A stretch of 64,000 nucleotides of DNA from a virus (lineage: Duplodnaviria > Heunggongvirae > Uroviricota > Caudoviricetes): the IMG/VR virus record IMGVR_UViG_3300044712_000123. One strand, 5' to 3'. Shown in pieces: positions 50,866 to 58,217 of this stretch (the stretch's first letter is position 1; each line of letters begins with the position of its first letter). The notes under the pieces are model-generated. The model was not told the origin of the DNA and did no database searches. It worked only from the letters and a program-made list of their open reading frames with translations. A program made the translations under genes and the position numbers.

Positions 50866-51777
50866 ATGTCCCTACTACCCGCGCCGAAGAAGCCTGTAAA
50901 TTATTTAAACAACAAAGATATTTTAAAAGAGATTCACGAAAGCAAAACAACATACTGTACGTTTGCTGAACCAAATTTTCATCGCTACGATTTTATCGTA
51001 GATATGCCACAAGAATCGATTGAAACATCACTTGAGTACGCAATCAAACCTGAAAATATTCAACAAGCACGAGAAACACGTGCGACTAGGCTTAGTTTAG
51101 AAGCCGGAGTCAAAGACTCAGTTGATCCTCTTTCTATTCCTATCACTGACTTGGTATTCAGAGTTATGACTTGGGATCATGTTCCAGTCGCTCCCAAACA
51201 ACCTCGCAAAACAGTTAAAAAGAAAACTGCAAAAGATATCTTTGAGTTTGTCGAGCCTGATCCAGATGAGATTTTCGCTGACCTAGAAGATGCTGCACCT
51301 ATTAAAGCTGACGTTGACGACATGGTTCATGTCAAGGTCAACTTCCCTCCATTCCAACATTTCAAGTTTGATGAAACTAATACTGCACGTTGTATCGGTA
51401 AGAGTCATTGGAAGGGTGACTTAGAAACCGGTGAGTTCTCTAAGGATCATGGTCAAATCACTAACAAGTTAGCTCGTATGTATATCATGATGTGCGAGAA
51501 ATACGCAATGAAATATAATTGGCGCGGGTATACTTACAACGATGAAATGCGTAATTCAGCAATCTTACAACTGACTTATGTTGGTTTGCGATTCAACGAA
51601 GCAAAATCTGCTAACCCGTTCGCTTATTACACCGCAGCTATTACTAATAGTTTCTGTCGTGTATTGAACACGGAGAAACGTAGCCAAAACATTCGTGATG
51701 ACATTTTAGAAATGAATGGGTTAAACCCAAGTTGGAGCCGTCAGGGTTCCGGCGGAAGCACTGTATACGAGGAATAA
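50866..51777 (+). CDS. Late transcription sigma factor, T4 gp55-like
   Basis: NYLNNKD, NWRGYTYNDEM, RFNEAKSANPFAYYT. Confidence 0.88.
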   Translation: MSLLPAPKKPVNYLNNKDILKEIHESKTTYCTFAEPNFHRYDFIVDMPQESIETSLEYAIKPENIQQARETRATRLSLEAGVKDSVDPLSIPITDLVFRVMTWDHVPVAPKQPRKTVKKKTAKDIFEFVEPDPDEIFADLEDAAPIKADVDDMVHVKVNFPPFQHFKFDETNTARCIGKSHWKGDLETGEFSKDHGQITNKLARMYIMMCEKYAMKYNWRGYTYNDEMRNSAILQLTYVGLRFNEAKSANPFAYYTAAITNSFCRVLNTEKRSQNIRDDILEMNGLNPSWSRQGSGGSTVYEE

Positions 51778-52815
51778 ATGAGTATAATTAACCGAGATGA
51801 TTTTGAGATAGAGTCTCCTTATTGGAGACTTCAAGATTGGAATGACCATGACTATTGGTACACTACCGACTTGAATATTACCAGTAGTGTAGTGCAAATG
51901 ATATGCGCAGACGAGAATCTTTTCTTATTGGTATGCGATGAATTTGAGGCTAAACCTGACATTGTTCAACAAATTGATAACTTACTCATACCAAGACACA
52001 AAGTAATCTTGATTAGTGAGAATCACGATATTGATGGTATGGATTACTGGGCGCACTGCGGTGAGATGGGTGTCAAAAAACAAGCTGGACGATTCCGCAG
52101 ACCATTGAAAACATTAGAAAAGAAACATTATGATAAGGCATTCTTGAACCTAAACCGTCGTTGGAGACTTCACCGACCATGTTTGATCGGACTACTTCAT
52201 TCATTGAATATCTTAGATAAAGGTTTGGTAAGTTTAGGTAGATCAGACGATCATTTAGATTGGGACTCGGTATTCGACACCGTTGCCGATCTTATTAAAG
52301 AAGACGAAGAATTGCACTCGTTGTTTGTGTCAAACAAAGAAGCGATTTGCAATATACCAGATATGTATTTGGACACCCCGGATCTAGTTACAACTAGAGA
52401 TAGAATCCTAGTATCGGATATACCATTTGAGGATACTCTAAAAATGTATCAAGATACATATTTTAGTATAGCTAGTGAAACATTCTTCTTCGATGGTCCC
52501 GGAAGATTTTTGTCCGAGAAGACATTCAAGCCAATTGCATTTAATCACCCTTTTATTTTAGTATCACAACCAAAAAGTTTGGAGTTGCTACGTACATTAG
52601 GCTACAAAACATTTCACCCATACATCAATGAGAGCTATGATTCCGAAACAAATGATGCTACTAGGATGAAGATGATATTGAGGGAGATTGAACGACTCTC
52701 TACATTTACCGATGAAGAAGTAGACGAGTTCATTGATATGGTAAAACCCATAGTCAATCATAACTACTACATCATGTCACAGAAACAAGACAAACAACAC
52801 ATTCACAAAAGATAG
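51778..52815 (+). CDS. GT-B glycosyltransferase-like protein (GT10-like), paralog of the left-hand cluster
   Basis: FLNLNRRWRLHR...FSIASET..FLSEKTFKP..HPFIL..LGYKTFHPYINESYD. Confidence 0.6.
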   Translation: MSIINRDDFEIESPYWRLQDWNDHDYWYTTDLNITSSVVQMICADENLFLLVCDEFEAKPDIVQQIDNLLIPRHKVILISENHDIDGMDYWAHCGEMGVKKQAGRFRRPLKTLEKKHYDKAFLNLNRRWRLHRPCLIGLLHSLNILDKGLVSLGRSDDHLDWDSVFDTVADLIKEDEELHSLFVSNKEAICNIPDMYLDTPDLVTTRDRILVSDIPFEDTLKMYQDTYFSIASETFFFDGPGRFLSEKTFKPIAFNHPFILVSQPKSLELLRTLGYKTFHPYINESYDSETNDATRMKMILREIERLSTFTDEEVDEFIDMVKPIVNHNYYIMSQKQDKQHIHKR

Positions 52816-52828
52816 GGTAACATCTATG

Positions 52829-52857
52829 TTTACTTCTCCTATGTGATTTGTTACAAT
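52829..52857 (+). promoter_or_regulatory. Sigma70-type promoter for gp47/gp46
   Basis: TTTACT, 17-nt spacer, TACAAT with extended -10 TG; ATG at 52864 lies at the expected +1. Confidence 0.65.
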
Positions 52858-52863
52858 AAGAAT

Positions 52864-53880
52864 ATGACTAACCTATTTAAGAAAGCTGCCGTGTTTACTG
52901 ATATCCACTTTGGATTGAAGTCAAACAGTTTGCAGCACAATCAAGACTGTGCCAATTTCGTAGATTGGTTCATTGAAAAGGCAAAGAAAGAAGGTTGCGA
53001 GACCTGCTTCTTCTTGGGCGATTGGAATCACCATCGTGCAAGTATTAACATTCACACATTGCAATTTGGTTTGCAAGCATTGGAGAAACTGAGTGCTTCA
53101 TTCGATACTGTCTACTTTATCCCTGGTAACCACGACTTGTACTATCGTGACCGCCGCGATATACATTCTATTGAGTGGGGGAAACATCTACCGAACGTCA
53201 AGATCATTAACGACTTTTTTCAAGAAGGGGAAGTTGTAATCGCACCTTGGCTTGTGCAAGAAGATTATAAGAAGCTACAAAAGATGAAGGGCAAGTATCT
53301 GTTCGGTCATTTTGAGTTGCCCAACTTCTTCATGAATGCTATGGTTGAAATGCCAGATCACGGTGAACTAAACACAGAACATGTGAATGGATTCGAAAAA
53401 GTATTCAGTGGTCACTTTCACAAGCGACAAGCTAAGAAAAACGTTTGGTATATCGGTAATGCTTTCCCGCATAACTATGCCGATGCAGGTGATGATGCAC
53501 GTGGTATGATGATTCTTGAATGGGATAAAGATCCAGAGTTCTTTAGCTGGCCTCGACAACCAATCTATCGTGTTCACAAACTGTCAGAGATTTTAGAAAA
53601 CCCAGAAGGGATGCTTTTGATCGACAGTCATGTTAGAGTACATCTTGACATTGATATTTCATATGAGGAAGCTAACTTCATTCGTGAGACATTGATTCCA
53701 GAACACAAGCTACGTGAAATGGCATTGATTCCCATGAAGGGTGAAGCTATCGAACAAGGTCAGAACAGTGATGGACTCAAGTTCGAATCAGTTGACCAAA
53801 TCATCATTGACCAAATCAATGCCATCGAATCTAATTCGTTCGATAAGAAAATTTTATTGGACATCTACAACAATCTATGA
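52864..53880 (+). CDS. Recombination nuclease gp47 (Mre11/SbcD-like)
   Basis: Metallophosphoesterase motifs DIHFG, GDWNH, GNHD, GHFH; start moved from GTG 52843 to ATG 52864. Confidence 0.93.
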   Translation: MTNLFKKAAVFTDIHFGLKSNSLQHNQDCANFVDWFIEKAKKEGCETCFFLGDWNHHRASINIHTLQFGLQALEKLSASFDTVYFIPGNHDLYYRDRRDIHSIEWGKHLPNVKIINDFFQEGEVVIAPWLVQEDYKKLQKMKGKYLFGHFELPNFFMNAMVEMPDHGELNTEHVNGFEKVFSGHFHKRQAKKNVWYIGNAFPHNYADAGDDARGMMILEWDKDPEFFSWPRQPIYRVHKLSEILENPEGMLLIDSHVRVHLDIDISYEEANFIRETLIPEHKLREMALIPMKGEAIEQGQNSDGLKFESVDQIIIDQINAIESNSFDKKILLDIYNNL

Positions 53881-55949
53881 TAACTTTACAGAATATTACC
53901 CTACGCAACTTTCTATCTATCGGAGCAGTAACACAAGCAGTTGACTTTGACAAGAAAGACCTAACACTCATCTTAGGTGAGAACATGGACTTAGGTGGTG
54001 ATGGTGCTAGAAACGGTACCGGAAAGACCACGTTGATTCAGGGCTTGAGCTATGCATTGTTTGGTGTGCCCATTAACGACATTCGTAAAGATAACTTAGT
54101 CAATCGTACAAACGGTAAGGGTATGATGGTTACGTTGACGTTCAACGTCAACGGTACTAACTATAAGATTGAACGCGGTCGTAAGCCAAACGTTCTCAAG
54201 TTCTATGTTAACGATGAACAACAAAAGGCAACAGAAGATCAACAGGGTGAGAACAAAGAAACACAAGCTGCCATTGAGCGTGTGATTAACATGTCACCTG
54301 AAATGTTCCGTCACATTGTTGTATTGAACACCTACAGTCAACCATTCCTCGCATTGAAGAACAACGAACAGCGTGAAATCATCGAACAGTTGTTGGGTAT
54401 TACATTGCTTTCTGAGAAGGCAGATGTTGTCAAAGACATGATTCGCACTAGCAAAGATGAAATACAAAGCGAAGAATTCAGAGTCAAGGCTGTTGAAGAA
54501 GCAAACAAGCGTGTCAAGGAACAAATCGATAGCTTGAAACGTAGACAGAAATTGTGGTGGACCAAGCATGACGAAGATTTGTCTAGTCTTGCACTCCAAT
54601 ATGATGAACTACTAAAGATTGACATAGACCGTGAACTACTAGCTCACAAAGAACTAGTAATCTACAACGAAAAGAAGAAGCAAAAAGATGCGTTTGATGC
54701 ATTAGTGGCTCGTTCCACTGCATGGCAACAGAAACATGACAAGGATGTGCAAGCCGCAGGTAAGGCTTACCTGGATAAGAATTTCTTCAACATTGAGCCT
54801 GAACTACTTGCATGGGCAAGTTTGAAAGAATGGCTCAAGGACGAAACAGAACAAAAGCATATCGCCACTGTCATCGATACCCAAACCAAAAGTATCAGTA
54901 AAGAAAAAAAATTAATTTCTAAGCTAGAAACGGAAATTGGGTCACTAGAAGATCACAAGTGTTATGCCTGTGGTCAAGAGTTCCATGACGAACAGCATGA
55001 CAAAGTTCTTACAGCAAAGCGTAATGACTTGGCTACTGCAAAAGAACATCTAGCAGAGTACGAAAAGAATCTAGCTATCAATCAAGCGTTGGTTAAAGAC
55101 ATTGGTACTAAGCCAAAGACTCACTATCCAACAGAAGCTGATGCGATTCGTCACAGTAGCGATCTTGCCAACTTGAAGAAAATCTGGGAAGATAAGCAAA
55201 ATGAAAATAACCCCTTTGATGGACAACTTACTGAGACTCCTAGCATCGTTCTTGGCAAATGCCCAACTACTCATTACGATACCGAAGCCGAGGCAGTCGA
55301 GCATAGAACACAACTATCATCGCTACTATCACAAATTGAGACAAAAGCGCAGGAAGCTGATCCGTATCAAGAACAAGTTTCTGACATGGAGACTCAAGCA
55401 CTTCAAGAGATAAATTTTGATCGCATCAATGAGTTGACAAAAGCAATGGAACACCAAAAGTTCTTGCTTGACTTGTTGACTAGTAAAGATAGTTTCGTTC
55501 GCAAGAAGATCATTGACCAAAACTTGAGTTACTTGAATCAACGTTTGACTCACTATTTGGACAAGATTGGTCTACCGCACAATGTCGTTTTCAAGAACGA
55601 CTTGCAAGTTGAAATTACTGAGTTGGGTCGTGAACTTGACTTTGATAACTTGAGTCGTGGTGAACGTAATCGTTTGATCTTGGGCTTGAGTTTCGCATTC
55701 CGTGATGTTTGGGAGAACTTGTATGCACCGATCAACACATTGTTCATCGATGAATTGATTGACTCAGGTCTTGACACAATGGGTGTTGAGAACAGTCTAG
55801 CAATTCTAAAAGATATGAGTCGCCGTCGTCATAAGTCGATCTGGCTTGTTTCACACAGAGAAGAACTAGCAGGTAGAGTACCTAACGTTCTCAAAGTTGT
55901 GAAAGAAAACGGATTTACTAGCTACAACACAGCTACTGACGTAGAATAA
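53877..55949 (+). CDS. Recombination ATPase gp46 (Rad50/SbcC-like)
   Basis: Walker A GTGKTT, zinc hook CYAC, signature LSRGE, Walker B/D-loop FIDELIDSGLD. Confidence 0.95.
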   Translation: MITLQNITLRNFLSIGAVTQAVDFDKKDLTLILGENMDLGGDGARNGTGKTTLIQGLSYALFGVPINDIRKDNLVNRTNGKGMMVTLTFNVNGTNYKIERGRKPNVLKFYVNDEQQKATEDQQGENKETQAAIERVINMSPEMFRHIVVLNTYSQPFLALKNNEQREIIEQLLGITLLSEKADVVKDMIRTSKDEIQSEEFRVKAVEEANKRVKEQIDSLKRRQKLWWTKHDEDLSSLALQYDELLKIDIDRELLAHKELVIYNEKKKQKDAFDALVARSTAWQQKHDKDVQAAGKAYLDKNFFNIEPELLAWASLKEWLKDETEQKHIATVIDTQTKSISKEKKLISKLETEIGSLEDHKCYACGQEFHDEQHDKVLTAKRNDLATAKEHLAEYEKNLAINQALVKDIGTKPKTHYPTEADAIRHSSDLANLKKIWEDKQNENNPFDGQLTETPSIVLGKCPTTHYDTEAEAVEHRTQLSSLLSQIETKAQEADPYQEQVSDMETQALQEINFDRINELTKAMEHQKFLLDLLTSKDSFVRKKIIDQNLSYLNQRLTHYLDKIGLPHNVVFKNDLQVEITELGRELDFDNLSRGERNRLILGLSFAFRDVWENLYAPINTLFIDELIDSGLDTMGVENSLAILKDMSRRRHKSIWLVSHREELAGRVPNVLKVVKENGFTSYNTATDVE

Positions 55950-55969
55950 TTTACGCTAGATTCTACTGT

Positions 55970-55977
55970 GATAAGTA
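55970..55977 (+). promoter_or_regulatory. Putative late promoter (GATAAGTA)
   Basis: 5 nt upstream of the ATG at 55983. Confidence 0.6.
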
Positions 55978-55982
55978 AGAGT

Positions 55983-56546
55983 ATGACAAGTCCACAGAAA
56001 GCAAAAGGCTCAGGTTTCGAGCGAGAAATCGCAAAATATCTTTCAGATAAGTACGGTGAATCATTCATTCGTGCTCCTGGATCCGGTGCTTATGTGGGTG
56101 GGAAGAATCAATCACGTACAGAATTCTTGCACGAAGGTCAAATTCGTTCTTTCAAGGGCGACATTGTACCCGGTCAAAGTTTCAGTAAAATGAACATTGA
56201 ATGCAAATTCTATGCTGACTTCCCATTTCATCTATTACTTACAGGGGACTGTAAAGTAATCGATACTTGGATCGACCAACTCATGGACGTAGCAGATCCT
56301 GGCGATATTAATCTTCTGTTTATGAAGTTTAATCGCAAGGGTCGCTATGTTTGCGTACAAAGCAAATTTACATGGTTGGCTGACAACTTTGTGTATTACA
56401 CATCAAAAAAGCACGGTGACTGGACAATCTTCGAGTTCGACAGTTTCTTTGCATCAAACACTGAATTACTTAAAACATATTCAACATCAATAGACACCAC
56501 GTCAAAACAATCATCTGATAACCCCATTTTAACAATTAACATCTAA
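55983..56546 (+). CDS. Holliday junction resolvase-like PD-(D/E)XK nuclease
   Basis: KAKGSGFEREIA, RAPGSGA, GDI, IECK; start moved to ATG 55983. Confidence 0.82.
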   Translation: MTSPQKAKGSGFEREIAKYLSDKYGESFIRAPGSGAYVGGKNQSRTEFLHEGQIRSFKGDIVPGQSFSKMNIECKFYADFPFHLLLTGDCKVIDTWIDQLMDVADPGDINLLFMKFNRKGRYVCVQSKFTWLADNFVYYTSKKHGDWTIFEFDSFFASNTELLKTYSTSIDTTSKQSSDNPILTINI

Positions 56547-56559
56547 AGTTTGAAAAATT

Positions 56560-56930
56560 CGTTGGCTCCGTTGGGAGTCCTCCTTGAGACTGTACAGATC
56601 GTGCTGTGCCGTTAGATTCTGGAGTATATATGTTAGCAATAACATAGGAATACCGAGAGGGCAATCGGCAAAGCGAACCCTCAACAAGCTCACACTTATT
56701 TCATTTTTGCGGTGTGAGATGTGCGTTGCGAAGGCGTCAATTGAAATAGCATTGATAGACCTAACTACAGCCTCATTATACTTTACAGAGCAACCGGTAG
56801 CGGATCATGTCACAAAGACGGCAATGATTCGGAGGAAAAATGACTATGGATGACGGGCATGGCAAATGTACCCTTAACCAAAGGTAGTGCTGAACAGCAC
56901 TACCATGGCTTCAAAGCGGCAATACGTATT
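56560..56930 (+). ncRNA. Putative large structured non-coding RNA (family unknown; boundaries approximate)
   Basis: Non-coding gap in a gene-dense genome with at least eight stem-loops; several need G-U pairs on the plus strand; GCAA tetraloop at 56636-56639. Confidence 0.55.
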
Positions 56931-56983
56931 CTTCTCCTTTAATAGTAAAAGAGAATAGTTAGAATAAATTAACCGTAAAAATA

Positions 56984-57025
56984 AAGAACGAACGAAGTGA
57001 GTTCTTAGATGAACGAAGTTCATCT
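56984..57025 (+). other. Two adjacent cGAAg tri-loop hairpins
   Basis: aagaac-GA-ac-GAA-gt-GA-gttctt and agatgaac-GAA-gttcatct. Confidence 0.6.
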
Positions 57026-57074
57026 TTAAAAGAGATACTAGAATAGATAACTCTAAACCTCTTATGACAAATGA

Positions 57075-57097
57075 ATAGGTACATCCAGTGTACCTAT
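57075..57097 (-). terminator. Possible terminator hairpin after the gp51-like ORF
   Basis: Perfect 9-bp stem ataggtaca/tgtacctat 5 nt past the stop; weak U-tract. Confidence 0.4.
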
Positions 57098-57102
57098 ATC
57101 CA

Positions 57103-57279
57103 TTAGAAGAATGGCAATTGAGATTTCTTAGTAATGTCTAGGTTCTCCTCAACAATACTTGCTATGGCTTCTCGCTCTTGGGGAGACATATTGAGTATGT
57201 CTTCATAGGAAGCTCCCCCTCGCATGTACCAAGAAAATTTCAGTGCGTTCTTTTTGATAGTATTGGCTTCTTCATCCAT
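57103..57279 (-). CDS. T4 gp51-like baseplate hub assembly/tail chaperone segment (58 aa from ATG; frame open back to 57339)
   Basis: Not in ORF track. MDEEANTIKKNALKFSWYMRGGASYEDILNMSPQEREAIASIVEENLDITKKSQLPFF; the SYEDILNMSPQER helix resembles gp51/tail chaperone T regions. Confidence 0.75.
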   Translation of the reverse strand: MDEEANTIKKNALKFSWYMRGGASYEDILNMSPQEREAIASIVEENLDITKKSQLPFF

Positions 57280-57326
57280 ACTATCAATTAGCTTCTGTAT
57301 CTGCTCAGGGGCTAGAGTGAGAAGCC

Positions 57327-58151
57327 TTAATCGAAAAAATCTGAAACGTTCAATGCAAGTGACTGCTCATAGTCATGACTACAATTAACACACTTGATTT
57401 TCATTGGTTTGATATTTGCACCTTCACGTAGTTTAATAACTTGGTCTCGAATCGCCGAGAATGTGTTTCTATCACAACCATGTAAAAATTCCGAAATGTA
57501 CTCTTTGTTGTCTACGATTGTATTTGGTAGTTTGATACTTTCGATGGTATTAACTACAATCTCGATGTTCATCTCTGTCAACTTTTTCATTGTAGCAGCC
57601 GACTGCTTTGCTCTAGCATCATCATCTTCTATTAGCTGGATGTTATTGATTTCTCGTTTAATCTCAAATTGTGCTAGGTTACCATTGTTTACATCACGAT
57701 ATGAAAGTGGTCTGAACTTTATTTCTAAATCTCGGATTTTCATGACATTCTCGTAACCCTCTGCTTTGATATCACTCAACAGACTAACTAAGTTTACACC
57801 GTACTTACCAGATTCTTCACATTTTGGGCAGAATGAATCGATTTCTAGATCATTGCCGTTTGTAGCTGCTCTGATGGCAATTAACAACGTGTCTACGTCA
57901 ACTGACGGCAACACCCAAGGATCTTTGATTGATGGAACACAGCTTTTGATAATTTCAATTACTGCATTACCGTTAAACAACGCATCAGGGGTCTTCGCTG
58001 TAATTTCATCAATGGCCGTCATTGGGTATACTGGTAACTCACCGTTATCCGGCATTTCAAGAGTACCCTCAGGGTAATACTTGCCTTTGCTAGGAAGTGT
58101 GATATACAATGCTGGTCTACGGAAATATTGTCTTAGTGGGTTATTGCTCAT
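57327..58151 (-). CDS. Baseplate hub assembly protein, T4 gp26-like (tail assembly chaperone)
   Basis: YITLPSKGKYY, VYPMTAIDE, DVDTLLIAIRAAT, CPKC...CVNC zinc ligands, ends SDFFD. Confidence 0.82.
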   Translation of the reverse strand: MSNNPLRQYFRRPALYITLPSKGKYYPEGTLEMPDNGELPVYPMTAIDEITAKTPDALFNGNAVIEIIKSCVPSIKDPWVLPSVDVDTLLIAIRAATNGNDLEIDSFCPKCEESGKYGVNLVSLLSDIKAEGYENVMKIRDLEIKFRPLSYRDVNNGNLAQFEIKREINNIQLIEDDDARAKQSAATMKKLTEMNIEIVVNTIESIKLPNTIVDNKEYISEFLHGCDRNTFSAIRDQVIKLREGANIKPMKIKCVNCSHDYEQSLALNVSDFFD

Positions 58152-58183
58152 GAGTTTGTCCTTAATTCTTGCAATTTAGAAAC

Positions 58184-58208
58184 GCTAAATACAAGTAAAC
58201 TATTTATT
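58184..58208. promoter_or_regulatory. Face-to-face late promoter motifs (GCTAAATA plus 58184-58191; AATAAATA minus 58201-58208)
   Basis: Both octamers lie in the 66-nt gap between the divergent gp26-like and tape measure genes. Confidence 0.6.
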
Positions 58209-58217
58209 GGCAGAAAT

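Noticed and set aside
52843-52863. Upstream GTG start of gp47 in the ORF track (likewise 55968 for the resolvase)
   Set aside because: These extensions overlap the promoter boxes; ATGs at 52864 and 55983 fit better
56584-56853. 89-aa ORF in the structured intergenic region
   Set aside because: TTG start, no RBS, atypical composition; the dense stem-loops are better explained by RNA structure
56547-57100. CRISPR array, tRNA, tmRNA, RNase P or group I intron
   Set aside because: No direct repeats with spacers, no cloverleaf or T-loop, no GAGGAAAGUCC or P7 core recognisable by eye
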